Shown piece by piece: positions 13,111 through 26,795 of a stretch of DNA of 64,000 bases. Below the pieces are notes generated by a model. It was not told the DNA's origin. It did not search any database and worked only from the letters and a program-made list of their open reading frames with translations. The DNA lies in the NCBI GenBank assembly GCA_951406725.2, contig OX597840.1:19530001-19594000 (forward strand). The letters are read 5' to 3'. The stretch comes from Octopus vulgaris. Lineage: Eukaryota. Each line of letters opens with the position of its first letter. The stretch's first letter is position 1. The position numbers and the translations under genes are program-made.

Positions 13111-13236
13111 ATTTGCTAACGTAAAGTGGCAGTCCTGATTAGGACGATGTGACTACTTTTTTTTAGCCCCAGGAAAACATATTTTCTTGGTAGTAACATC
13201 GTCCTAATCAGTACTGCCACTTTACGTTAGCAAATG
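13111..13236. repeat. Inverted repeat, about 46-bp arms
   Basis: atttgctaacgtaaagtggcagtcctgattaggacgatgtgactac / gtagtaacatcgtcctaatcagtactgccactttacgttagcaaat. Confidence 0.9.
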
Positions 13237-13324
13237 GATTTTACTCTGTGGAACTGTTGCTACTTCTCGCTCAGACATTTAAAACTCATTGTTTTCCTCT
13301 TTCTCATTAAGGTTTCATATGAAA

Positions 13325-13740
13325 TGATTCAAGGATCCCGTCTTCAGCTTCAATGAATGCTTCAATACAGGACTGGAATCTTCGACATGCTTGCACTAAA
13401 TGTTCCTTGTTCATTTCGAATATCATCAGGAATCGATTAGTCTCCCTGGCGAGTTTCGAAGCCACAAGTTTGGTGTGAAATGATCGTAAAGATTATCTGA
13501 CATCTGACATGTCTGACATCTCTATCTGGCGTGTGTGAGTTTTCTGAATAGGTACCGAGACTTGTTGAAATATGCCTGGCTTTCCATGGTGCACTTCATC
13601 TATCCAAGGCTTAACAACTGTCTCCAGCACCTCAACGTAGCCAGCAGCATAAATTCTAAGACTTTGTGGAAAGATGTGAGTCGGTATGCCATCACGTTAC
13701 ACGTTACTCCTAAAACCATTATACTTGCTCGAAATACGAG
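13325..13740 (-). pseudogene. Tc1/mariner (maT/DD37D-like) transposase remnant
   Basis: Minus strand: AAGYVEVLETVVKPWIDEVHHGKPGIFQQ..NLYDHFTPNLW.RNSP..LVQACRRFQSCIEAFIEAEDG; frameshifts and deletions. Confidence 0.8.
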
Positions 13741-13891
13741 AGTAGAAAAACAGCCATGGAGGGTCGCTCTTTATGTTGTTTGTTTTGTTTTCCATTTGTG
13801 TCTTTCATTGTTCGAAAGAATAGTTCATATTCCGTGTACTCGTACTTCGTGTTTTTGTTGTACACGTTTCGTGGCGTCCGGTGCCCACATA

Positions 13892-14018
<127 letters not shown>

Positions 14019-14239
14019 TAGGTTTGCGTGTGTTTGCAAACAAACACAGCTATGTGATCACACATGGCTGGCGGATGAAACTGGAGGGTCTAGTGTGAAC
14101 CCTAATTGAATGAAGACTGTTAAGGGAAGCCGAAGATCCCGGGACAGTGGACCGCAATGTCGTCGTCGTCGTCATTGTTGCTGTTTTTGTTGTTGTTGTT
14201 GATCTTCTCCTTCTTCTTCTTCTTCTTCTTCTTCTTCTT

Positions 14240-14273
<34 letters not shown>

Positions 14274-14307
14274 AACCACCACCACCACCACCACCACCAC
14301 CACCACC

Positions 14308-14345
<38 letters not shown>

Positions 14346-14367
14346 AACCACCACCACCACCACCACC

Positions 14368-14408
<41 letters not shown>

Positions 14409-14445
14409 AACCACCACCACCACCACCACCACCACCACCACCACC

Positions 14446-14492
<47 letters not shown>

Positions 14493-14530
14493 AACTACTA
14501 CTACTACTTCTTCTTGCCGTAGCTGTTGTG

Positions 14531-14563
<33 letters not shown>

Positions 14564-14967
14564 GCTCTGCCCCAGGCCCCATCCTCGACCCAGAAGACCT
14601 ACATGATTAAAGACATTCCCGGTCTGTTACAACCCATCCCGTCCTTTCGGCACAGTGTATCGAGGATAACATTACCCAATGTCCCTTTCCTTGTCGTTCT
14701 TCGGGCCCGGCTCAGCCCCGATCTTGTAGACCAGCAATCAAAGACATTCCAGTGTCTCCTTTTCTTTTGTAAGACGATGAGATTTGATTCTGAGGAATTT
14801 AGTCGGTGGAGCGCCCACGTGGATAACTCCGCCTGTTGACGGTCATATTGATATTGTTGTTGCTATGGCGACCAGTACTGGGTGCGATGTAATCGAGTAA
14901 CCGCCTGCCCCCAAGATTTCAAGCCTGGGGGTCAAAATTTGAAACGCGTGTCATCATTGTTATTACT

Positions 14968-15780
14968 GAGGCGGCAAGCAGGCAGAATGATTGACATGCC
15001 GGACAAAAATGCTTAGCATTATTTCGTCCGGCTTTACGTTCAAATGTCGCCGATGTCGACTTTGCCTTTCACTTTTTCAGGGTCCATAAAATAAATACCA
15101 GTTGAGCACTGGGGGTTGATGATATCGACTTGTCCCTCTCACCCCGAAATTGCTGGCCCTGTGCGAAATTTGAAATCGATATTTGGGCGATAAGTTGGTA
15201 GAATCGTTATCATGCCGGATAAGATGTTCAGCAGTTTTTCTTTCGGCTATGGACATTATGAGTTCAAATACCGTAAGGGGTCGACTTTGCCTTTCATCTT
15301 TTCAGACTGAATGAAATAAATACCAGTTAAGCACTGGGGTCAATAATATCGCCTTGCCCCCATCGTCCTTCTCCTCGAGGGGCGCCAAATTGCAAACCAG
15401 AATTTGAGCGACGATCTGGTAGAATTTGACGCCGGACGAAATGCTTAGCCGCATTTATTCCGGCTCTGGACAGTCTAAATTCAAATTCTGCAAGGAGTCT
15501 ACATTGCCTTTTCAGGGTCTTTTCAGGGTCTTTTCAGGGTCCATAAAATAAATACGAGTTTAGCACTGGGGTCGACGATATCGACTTAACCTTTTCCCTA
15601 CTATTGCTGGCCTTGTGCGAAAACTGGAAATCCTTGTTTTGGCGGCGAGTTGGCAGAATCATTGTTGCATCGGACAAAAATACTCGGCAGCATTTCGTCC
15701 GTCTTTACGTTCCGAGTTCAAATTCCGCCAAGGTCAACTTTGCCTTTCATCCTTTCGAGGTCGATAAAATAAAGTACCAG
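14968..15780 (+). mobile_element. Cluster of four old, diverged SINE family 2 copies in the same orientation
   Basis: Repeated ggc..gag.tggcagaat..gccggac.aaatgcttagc..gttcaaat..gactttgcctttca..ataaaataa.taccag..gcactgggg. Confidence 0.8.
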
Positions 15781-15794
15781 TTTTTTTGTTTAGT

Positions 15795-16570
15795 GTTTAC
15801 TTGTTTCAGTCATTTGACTGCGGCCATGCTGGGGCACCGCCTTGAAGGGTTTCAGTCGAACAATTCGACCCCTGGACTTATTTTTTAAAAGCCTAGTATT
15901 TAGTCTATCGGTCGAACACCAAAGTTATGTGTTTGCCGAATGCAAACAGACCATCACCGGTTGTCAAGTGGTGATGGGGAGGGGGACAAACACGCACACA
16001 CATATACGACGGGCTTCCTCCAGTTTCCGTCTACCAAATCCACTCACAAGGCTATAGTAGAAGACACTTGCCTAAGGTACCACGCAATGGGACTGAACCC
16101 CGAACCATGTGGTTGAGAAGCAAACTTCTTACCACTCAGCCATATATATATATATATATACTATACTTTACTCTTTTACTCTTTTACTTGTTTCAGTCAT
16201 TTGACTGCGGCCATGCTGAGCACCGCCTTTAGTCGAGCAACTCGACCCCAGGACTTATTCTTTGTAAGCCCAGTACTTATTCTATCGGTCTCTTTTGCCG
16301 AACCGCTAAGTGACGGGGACGTAAACACACCAGCATCGGTTGTCAAGCAATGCTAGGGGGACAAACACAAACACACAAACATACATATATATATACATAC
16401 ATACGACATACTTCTTTCAGTTTCCGTCTACCAAATCCACTCACAAGGCTTTGGTCGGCCCGAGGCTATAGCAGAAGGCACTTGCCCAAGATGCCACGCA
16501 GTGGAACTGAACCCGGAACCATGTGGTTGGTAAACAAGCTACTTACCACACAGCCACTCCCGCGCCTGTG
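15795..16570 (-). mobile_element. Two adjacent SINE family 1 copies (15795-16142, 16165-16570)
   Basis: Both match family 1 body and head. Confidence 0.9.
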
Positions 16571-17162
16571 ATTGAGAAGCAAACTTCTTACCACTCAGCC
16601 ATATATATATACATATTTATATTTTTCTTTTATTCTTTTAGCCCCTGCTCAGTCCGCATTCGAGCAGATCTGTGATCAAAGATGTTCCAGCCGTGACGTC
16701 CCCCTCTGCTTCATGTGAATTTGAATCTAGTATCACGTCCATACATACGTACATCCAACGTGGTCCTTTTTACAGGTCGCGTGCGGCTTGAAGGGAGATT
16801 CGATTGCTATTTCTAGCATGTCGAGCAACCACGCTGAGCTCCCTTGTTGATGCAGGTGGCGCTGCGATAGTAGGTGTCGGTGATGTTGTGTAAACAAAGA
16901 AGAGAAATTTCTCGGTGAACAGTCTGGAAGACTTGGTGAGTCTTTGTGATGGCATGAAGCACAGGAGTGGCGGGGAGAGGAGGGGGAAGGGCGACGACTG
17001 GGGTGGGGGTGGGGGAATTAAGGAAGTGAGTTCTGGGATGGCTGGGTGGGTGGGTGGGTGGGTGGGTGGGTGGGTGGGTGAAAGAGATTTACGAAGGGGT
17101 GCGGTGGAGATGGTGGTAGTGGTAGCTGGGAGTGGAGGTCGTTGTGGTGGTATTGGTGGTGG

Positions 17163-17200
<38 letters not shown>

Positions 17201-18654
17201 GCAATGATGATGATAGTGGTGGTGGTGGAGATAGTGGTGAGAGGTGATGGTGGTAATGATGATGATGATGGTGATGGTGGTGGTGGAGATAGTGGTGAGC
17301 GGTGGTGGTGGTGAGGGTGTTGATGATGATGATGATGGTGGTGATGATGATGATGATGATGGTGATGATGATGGCAATGATGATGATAGTGGTGGTGGTG
17401 GTGGTGGTGGAGATAGTGGTGAGCGGTGATGGTGGTAATGATGCTGATGATGATGATGGTGATGGTGGTGGTGGTGGTGGAGATAGTGGTGAGCGGTGAT
17501 GGTGGTAATGATGATGATGATGATGGTGATGGTGGTGGTGGTGGTGGTGATTGTGATAGCGGTGGTGGTGGTGAGGGTGTTGTTGATGATGATGAAGATG
17601 ATGTTGGTGATGATGATGATGATGGTGTTGGTGGTGGCGGTGGTGACCCTTGTATTCTTGGTGGTTGTGGTGTCGGCGAATGGTGATGTGTGTGCGCGCG
17701 CGCGTGTGTATACGTGCGTGTATACATGTACATGAGTACACGTGTGTATGTGCATGTATGCATATATGCACGCGCGTGCGCGCACGCATGTCTATACATG
17801 CGTTTGTGTATATGTATGCGTATACATGTGTGTATAAGCATGTGCGTGTGTGTGTATGTATGTGTGTGTACTTGTGTGTGTATATACATGTATGTGTGTA
17901 TATACATGTATATGTGTATATACATGTATGTGTGTATGTATGTATTACGTGCACGTATGTATGCGTATGCTTATATGTGTGTTCGTATATATGTATACGT
18001 GTGTGTGTGTATGTATGTCTATACATGTGTGGGTATGTGTATGTATACGTGTATGTATGTATGTGTATGTATACGTGTGTGTATGTATGTATGTCTATAC
18101 AAGTGTGTGTGTGAGTGTGTATATAAGGGTATACATGGGTGGGTATGTGTATGTATGTGTATACATGTGTGTATATGCATGTGCGTGTGTGTATACTTGT
18201 GTGTGTGTATATATACTTGTGTGTGTGTGTGTGTGTATGTCTATACAAGTGTATGTGTGAGTGTGTATGTAAGGGTATACATGGGTATGTATGTGTATGC
18301 ATACGTGTGTGTGTGTGTGTGTGTGTGTGTATGTATGCGTACACATGTGTGGGTATGTATGTGTGTGTTCGTCTGGACGTGCACGTGTCTATGTGTTTTC
18401 ACGTATTAAGGGTGTCAGCTCGGGGTGTGTGCTGTGATGAAGACAGAATTGCTGGGGTAGAGATCAGGGTGGGCGATGAATTGCGGTGTTTGTTTGGCTT
18501 TGAGGGGATAAATAATAACGAATGTTTACAGGAGCCTCCCTCCACCCCACCCCCCTTGCACATATACACACACATACACACACACACAGACACACATATA
18601 TACACACATAAACACACACACACACAGACACACACACAGACACACATATATATA

Positions 18655-18706
<52 letters not shown>

Positions 18707-19494
18707 CACACACATAAACACACACACACACAGACACACACACAGACACACATATATACACACATAAACACATACACACACACATACACACACACATACA
18801 CACACACAGACACACATATATACACACACATAAACACACACACACAGACACACACACAGACACACATATATACACACACATAAACACACGCTCTCTCACA
18901 CACACATATATATATATAAACACACACACACTCACAGACAAACATATGCACATACACACTCCCAGACACATATACACAGGCTCACACACATATATACACA
19001 TAATCGTAGACAGACACGTACAACACACGCACACACATACGCACACGTATACACATGCACATACACACATTGTACATACATACGCAAATACACATACATA
19101 CCCACAGGGATACACAGTAGACACACATATATGCATACACACACACACATTAACACACACACATACACAAACACACACTCAGTACACAACAAACACACAC
19201 AATACACAACACATACACAACACAAACACAACACACACACAACACACACACAACATAAACACACACAACACAACACACACACACACACAACACACACACA
19301 CACACACACAACACACACAACACAAACACACACACACACACACACAACACACAACACACACACACAACACATACACACAACACACGCATGCACAACACAC
19401 AACACACACACACAATACACAACACACACACACAACACATACACACACACACACACATACACACATACACACACACAACACACACAACACACAC

Positions 19495-19533
<39 letters not shown>

Positions 19534-19979
19534 ACACACACACGAGGGACTGTCATGTTGTTTCTCTTGTCCCTTAAATCCCAGGACAACGATCCTTGTT
19601 CGAACAGGCTTGTCATCTAAACCATTCCAACCGTGACCATGCCGTCTATTTTCAGGGGACATGTGGCCGCATAATCCAACATGTTCTTTGTTGTTGTTGT
19701 TGTTCTTTTCCATCTTATATATGTAGTGTGTGGTTTCATGGAGATTTGGCTGTTATTTCTAGGAACTCGGACGACCACATTGGAGCTCCATCGCTAGATC
19801 GTCACGTGCTTTTTGTTGGTGGTGTCAGCGGTGGTCTAACCATTAAGCGAAATAAGCATATGTTTAGGGCATCAAAGGAAAGTGTGTATAAGTGTGTGTG
19901 TGTGTGTGTGGGGGGATGAAACAGAAATTGTAAATGGTTTACGCCACAAAAGAAATCACTTCAAGCTTGATAAAATAAT

Positions 19980-20200
19980 AATGATTTCAAATTTTGGCAC
20001 AAGGCCAGTAAGTTCGGAGGATGGTGTTAGTCAATTACATCGACCTCAGTGCGTAACTGATACTTATTTTATCGACCCCGAAAGGATAAAAGGCAAAGTC
20101 GACCACGGCGGAATTTGAACTCAGAACATGAAGACGGACGAAATGTCGCTAAGCATTTTGTCCGGCGTGCTTACGATTCTTACCGCTCGCCGCCTTACTT
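19980..20200 (-). mobile_element. SINE family 2 copy
   Basis: ttttatcgaccccgaaaggataaaaggcaaagtcgacc..gaatttgaactcagaac..gctcgccgcctt. Confidence 0.85.
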
Positions 20201-20319
20201 GATATTCAAAGTGGTTCATATGATTGGAAATATGATTCCAAAGTGTTCATGGTGCCATAATGAGGATCTAATCAAAGACTTTGCAATTAAAATAAGTAGG
20301 AGAAAACTTTCCAAATATA

Positions 20320-20655
20320 AAGAAGAACACTCAGAGAGCGCAAACCTCGGCCAAGGCAACACCAATGTTCTCTCAACGATTAGCCAGAGATGATTTTTAA
20401 AATGAGAATATCTGAAATAAACTCGACTGCTCTCACAAACAAGAATACTAAAACTGAACCCAACCACTATCAAAAATTAAGATAAAAAATTGTAAAATAA
20501 GCCAGAATCCTTGTCCGGTACCGGATTGATCCCAAAATCTAATCAGTTCTTGTCAGTCATGAAGCCAAAGATCACTGAATGTTTCATCCGAATCCATCCA
20601 ACGGTTCTTGAGATATCTTGTCCATGGACAAACAAACAAACTCGACTGAAAATAA
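20320..20655 (+). mobile_element. Non-autonomous DNA element, possibly Helentron/HINE-like
   Basis: Starts aacactcagagagcgcaaacctcggccaaggc and has tttcatccgaatccatccaacggttcttgagatatc..(acaa)n near the end, an architecture I recall from HINE-like repeats; family assignment is inference. Confidence 0.4.
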
Positions 20656-21270
20656 AATGGAAATATACAAGAATAAAGATTATTTTCCATTTTAATGTTT
20701 AGTTTCGGGTCATTTTCGAAAAATAGATATTCGTTTTATGGTTTACATTTTGAATAACATATATATAGGGGTACCAGAATCTTTTAAGGGCTTGGGGCCT
20801 CTATGGTCCTTAATCCGGCCCTGTTTGGTGTTGTATTTGTCCGGCGTTTTGTCGAGGCTATGTCAGTACGTCGCTCTGCTAGCTAAAATGATATTCAAAG
20901 TGGTTTATATGATTGGAAATATGATTCCTAAGTATCCAGGGTGTCACAGTGAGGATTTCATCAAAGAATTTGCAATTAAAAATTGGAGAAAACTTCACAA
21001 ATATAAATAAAATGGAAGAATACAAAAATAAACATTATTTTCCATTTTACCTGTTTAGTTTTGTTTCATTTAGAGAAAAAAATGGTTTGTTTTATTGTTT
21101 ATTATTGTTTATATTTGGAATTGCATTTATGTGTGTGTATGAATGCATATACACGTGTATGTATATGAGTACACATATATGTGTGTGTGTATGCATATAC
21201 GCGTGTATGTGTATGAATACACATACGTTTGTGTGTATGTGTGTTTCCGTGTGTGTGTGTGTGTGTTTCC

Positions 21271-21337
<67 letters not shown>

Positions 21338-21639
21338 TGAGCGTGCACGTGTCTATGTATTTTAAAGTATGAAGGGTTCCAGTTCGGAGTGTATATGGTA
21401 AAGAAGACAGAATGACTGGGGTAGGGATCAGGGGTGCACCCCAGAATCCTGTAAGTACTTAAGACCTTTATGGGTCTTAATCCGGTCTTGATTCGTATTG
21501 TTGTTGTGTGTGTGTAGGGGGGATCTTCATGTTGTTTTTGTTGTTGGAGATTTATTGGACAACTTTCCAGGTTGAAAAAAGAAAACCCGCCCTTTGGGGC
21601 GGTGGAACTCAAGAGAATGGACCGCCTTCAAATAACGCG

Positions 21640-21790
21640 TGGAAAGCGCGTGGCCCAGAGGTTAGCATGTTGCAGTCACGATCGCGGGATCGCGGTTTCG
21701 ATTTCTTACGCCGGCTGAACGTTGTGTCCTTGAGCAAAACACTTCGTTTCACGTTGCTCCAGTCCACTCAGCCGTAAACGGGTTGCCCCT
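21640..21790 (+). mobile_element. SINE family 3 (tRNA head + CORE-like), diverged
   Basis: gcgtggcccagaggttag..ggtttcgatt..gtgtccttgagcaaaacactt..gttgctccagtccactcagc. Confidence 0.7.
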
Positions 21791-22454
21791 GTGACAGATC
21801 GGTGTAAAAGGGTGAGACGGGGACACAGGGGAAAGACCACCCGAACGCGCAGGATGGGTGGGGGGAGACCCCATGAGCTATGTTTTGTATTCAATGATCG
21901 AAAGGATAAAGAGTGAATCCCGACTTGTTGGGATTGGTTGCTCAGCAACGTCGAAGGATGAAGATGATGATGATGAAGATGATGTTGGTAAGGATAAGGA
22001 TGCTGCTGCTGCTGATGATGAGGATGAGGATGAGGAAGATGATGATGATGATGATGATGATGACGACGACGACGACGACGACGACGACGATGATGATGAT
22101 GATGATGATGATGATGTCGATAATGTTGATGATGATGATTCATACGCACGCGCGCACGATCCCATTTCTTTATTCTGTCGATCTGTTTTGCTGCAGGAGT
22201 CCTTTACGTCGGCTACTCTCTTATCCAGAAACCATATCAAGCAACGTGACCTTCTTTTCAAGATGGTAGTAGAGTGAAAGCTGAAATTTGACTGCTATTT
22301 CCCTCTGCTTTCTTTTAGTTGACCTCATGCCAACGTTTTTCGTCCTGTCGTGCAACATTGATGTGGGCAACGTTTTGAGTTGGACACCGTGTATTGACGA
22401 TCGATATATTTATGTATTATTGATGACTCAATCGGTTATAAAGACCCCATTCTC

Positions 22455-22675
22455 TCTCTTTTACTCTCTTTTACTTGTTTCAGTCATTTGACTGCGGCCA
22501 TGCTGGAGCACCGCCTTTTAGTCGAGCAAATCGACCCCGGGACTTATTCTTTGTAAGCCGAGTACTTATTCTATCGGTTTCTTTTGCCGAACCGCTAATT
22601 GACGGGGACGTATACACACCAGCATCGGTTGTCAAGCAATGCTAGGAGGACAAACACAGACACACAAACACACAC

Positions 22676-22752
<77 letters not shown>

Positions 22753-22917
22753 CGACAGGCTTCTTTCAGTTTCCGTCTACCAAATCCACTCACAAGGCAT
22801 TGGTCGGCCCGAGGCTATAGTAGAAGACACTTGCCCAAGGTGCCACGCAGTGGGAATGAACCCGGAACCATGTGGTTGGTTAGCAAGCTACTTACAACAC
22901 AGCCACTCCTGCGCCTA
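22455..22917 (-). mobile_element. SINE family 1, full length
   Basis: Complete tail-to-head match with internal CA/TA tract. Confidence 0.9.
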
Positions 22918-22919
22918 TA

Positions 22920-23254
22920 TAGCGACTCCTTCGGTCATGAATGATCGTGGGATTGCACCTAGGAAGTTCTCCGAGGCACAAGTCCAGGCAATGTTGTTTA
23001 TGGAAGACCAGCAGTCACCCTTACATACCAGCCTCCGCTCTTCATGCCACTGATGTTATCCAAGCGAAAGGCAAAGGGGCCGATACAGCTTGACACCTGT
23101 GACATTGCAACTCATTTCTACAGCTGAGTGAACTAGAGCAACATGAAATAAAGCGTCTTGCTCAAGAACACAATACGCAGCACGGTCCGGTAATCGAACA
23201 CACAACCTCCAGATTGTGAGCCCGACGCCCTAACCACTGAGCAATGCGCCTTCA
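22920..23254 (-). mobile_element. SINE family 3, near full length
   Basis: Reverse strand: ggcgcattgctcagtggttagggcg..gttcgatt..gtgttcttgagcaagacgcttta..cactcagctgtagaaatgagt. Confidence 0.75.
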
Positions 23255-23442
23255 ATACTTCTCCCATAAATGGTTGCTGTGATAAATATTTATGCACATG
23301 TAAGGATATATATTTTGTTGTATGTTGGGAGGGTCGTTATAATAATAAACACATACAGTGGTTGTATTTCACTTCTTTATTGTTTATCAATTAATTAGTT
23401 GTTTAACGAACCAACTAATCAATTTCTTGCGTAATCAACTGG

Positions 23443-23481
<39 letters not shown>

Positions 23482-23485
23482 GTTG

Positions 23486-23531
23486 TTTGCCAAAGCTTTT
23501 TCGTTGCCATTCGTGACCTCATCAATGACAT
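23486..23531 (-). ncRNA. Decayed minimal hammerhead related to family B
   Basis: Minus strand: UGUCA UUGAUGA g GUCAC gaaug GCAAC GAAAAAGCU U UGGCA; lies between inverted repeats at about 23312-23335 and 23596-23620. Confidence 0.5.
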
Positions 23532-23784
23532 TCCTTTTCAATGCCCAGATTTGTTTCAAATATTTGTCCTGCGTGTGTGTTATTATTAGCTGAGTGACCC
23601 TCCCAACAATACAACAAAAATCTGAATTCAACGAATTCACAAACAAAAATGTAGCAGATCGAATTCAATATGGTTGTGTGTATGCATATCGATATTCACA
23701 CACACACACACACACCAACACACACACACACACACACCAACACACGCACACACAAACACACACACACCAACACACACACACACA

Positions 23785-24996
23785 CATATCAATATCATCG
23801 TCATCATTATCATCAATATCATCATCATCATCATCATCGTCTTCATCATCATCATCATCATAATCATTCTCATCACCATCATCATCATCATCATCATCAT
23901 CGTCATCATCATCATCATCATTACCATCATCATCATCATCATCGTCATCATCGTCATCATCATCATCATCAGCATTACCATCATCATCGTCGTCGTCGTC
24001 GTCGTTGTCATCATCATCATCGCCATCATCTTCATCATCTTCATCATCATCATCATCACCTTCATCGTCATCATCATCATCATCATCGCCATCATCATCA
24101 TCACCATCATCGCGGCTGTAAGCAACAACAATAACAATAGCAAAGACAACCACGGCGGCGACTGTGGCGGCGGCGGCGACTGCGGCGGCGGCGGCGTCGA
24201 CGACATCAACAATAACATCCACAACATCATTTTTCAGGAGCGTGAGAAAGTAAGATGGGGAAAGTTCGCAAAGAGTTTTTCTTTTCTTCAAATAACCCCC
24301 TTTTTTTTCTTATTTTATTTAGGGGTGTATGTATATATATATATGTATGTGCTTATGTGTGTGTGTGTGTGTGTGTGTTCGAGTGTCTTCTTAGAAGAAG
24401 GGATAAGCATACATCTTAGAAGATGTCTGTTACGAAACGGGTGGAGGAGTGGGGTGCACGGGTGGGATGATGGAAGGATGGGTATAAGAGGGCGAAGGGA
24501 AGGGAAGGAGAAAGGGAGGTGGGTTGTTGTTGTTGGTGTTTGTGGGAGAGAGATACCTGCGCCCGCTCCACCCCACCACCAACCCAACTCACCCCACCGC
24601 ACCCTTCCACCCGAGAAAAAAACGCCGCATCTGTGGTGGATGGATTGTTTTTGGCGGGTGGATTGTATTCGGTTGGTGGTGGTAAGAGAAGGACGGGGTG
24701 TGGGTGGGGAAGGAGGCGAGAGCAGTGGGAAGCGGGGTAGTAGGGGGATAGGGGTGGGGTGGGTGGCTAGATAGGGACATCAGGGTGGATGCTACTGAGA
24801 GAGACAGACAGGCAGACAGACAGTCGGCATCTTCGCACGCTTCTTTTCCCTTCGTTACACTTCTCATCAGCATCCGTCGTCGTCGTCGTCATCATCACCA
24901 TCATCATCACCATCAAAATCACCATCACCACCACTCATCATCATCATCACCATCATCGTCATCAGTATCATCATCATCAGTATCATCATCATCATT

Positions 24997-25027
<31 letters not shown>

Positions 25028-25044
25028 GTATCATCATCATCAGT

Positions 25045-25077
<33 letters not shown>

Positions 25078-25098
25078 GTCATCATCATCATCATCACT

Positions 25099-25129
<31 letters not shown>

Positions 25130-25131
25130 GT

Positions 25132-25201
<70 letters not shown>

Positions 25202-25217
25202 TCATTACCATCATCAC

Positions 25218-25253
<36 letters not shown>

Positions 25254-25305
25254 TACCATCATCACCATCATCATCATCATCAATGTCGTCATCATCATCA
25301 TCATC

Positions 25306-25337
<32 letters not shown>

Positions 25338-25600
25338 TACCATCATCATCATCATCATCATCATCAACGTCTTCATCATCGTCATCGTCGTCGTCGTCAT
25401 CATCGTCATCATCATCATCATCATCATCGTCATCGTCGTCGTCGTCGTCATCATCGTCATCCTCCTCCTCCTCCTCATCATCATCATCAACATCATCATC
25501 ATCATCTGTTTTCATCCTATCACTATCACCACCTTCTTCTTACCCTCATTACTACCACCACCACCACCACCACCACCACCACCACCACCACCACCGCCCT
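23785..25600. repeat. (CAT)n/(CGT)n tracts at 23785-24110 and 24865-25600
   Basis: Direct reading. Confidence 0.9.
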
Positions 25601-25812
25601 ATAGTTTCATTGTTAACACATCACTTCATCTCCCTTCCGTCGATTCTATCGACCCCCACCACCACACCACACCAACCCACCCCGCCCAACCACCATAACC
25701 TCCCCACTATTAAACAACTGCCCCCCCTCTAAACCCATCTGTTTATCACCGTTTCATCACCCCTTCCACCAACCTTGTTATTCCACCAAACTTTACCTTT
25801 CACATAACCACA

Positions 25813-26235
25813 TTTCTTCTTCTTCTTCTTCTTCTTCTTCTTCTTCTTCTTCTTCTTCTTCTTCATTTCTTCTTCTTCTTCCTCTCATTCTTCTTTTTCT
25901 CATTCTTCTTCTTCTTCTTCTTCTTCTTCTTCTTCTTCTTCTTCTTCTTCTTCTTCTTCTTCTTCTTCTTCTTCTTCTTCTCATTCTTCTTCTTCTTCTT
26001 CTTCTTCTTCTCATTCTTCTTCTTCTTCTTCTTCTTCTTCTTCTTCTTCTTCTTCTTCTTCTTCTTCTTCTTCTTCTTCTCCATTTTTCTTCTTCTTCTT
26101 CTTCTTCGTCTTCTCCATTCTTCTTCTTCTTCTTCTTCTTCTTCTTCTTCTTCTTCTTCTTCTTCTTCTTCTTCTTCTTCTTCTTCTTTTTCTTCTTCTT
26201 CTTCTTCTTCTTCTTCTTCTTCTTCTTCTTCTTCA
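25813..26235. repeat. (TTC)n microsatellite
   Basis: Direct reading. Confidence 0.97.
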
Positions 26236-26514
26236 AGGTAGTGTCCCATACAGGAGCACTACCTTCAAGAGTTTAGCCCAGCGGTTCTTAACCATTTTTT
26301 TTTTTACCTGTGGACTGTTGGACCCCTTTAATTCCTATTTTACTCGAGTAGACCCTTATAACCATTCCACGTTCAAAAAATTCTGTTATATTTTTAAAAT
26401 GAAATATTATTAGGAATTATATTTTTTTAAAAATTGTTAAAGAATTCTGTACATTATGAAAGCAAATAAAAAATCAAAAATCTCTTTCCATCATAAATGA
26501 CCACCCCTTCGACA

Positions 26515-26795
26515 GATTTTCTAAAGAAATTATGGCCAGCACTGATTTTCGTTATGACGCTTCGTTATCCAAGACGCCAAATGTAAACAAACAATGAGAT
26601 AGAAAATATACCAGTTTCATCCATTAAAAACATTCCTGGAAGTCAACACGGTGTTCTACTGTGTTAGCAGTGCTATTACATCACTTGTTAAGGGTATCTC
26701 TACAGAGTTTCTATGGGAATTAAGGCCAGCATTGATTTTTGATACGCCGTTTCGTATTCGAGACACTTGATGTAAAGAATAATGAGATCGAGGAG
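26515..26795 (+). repeat. Dispersed/tandem repeat unit shared with 33720-34510
   Basis: gaaattatggccagcactgatt..aacaatgagat and ctgtgttagcagtgctattacatc recur at 26525, 26660, 33772, 34365. Confidence 0.8.
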
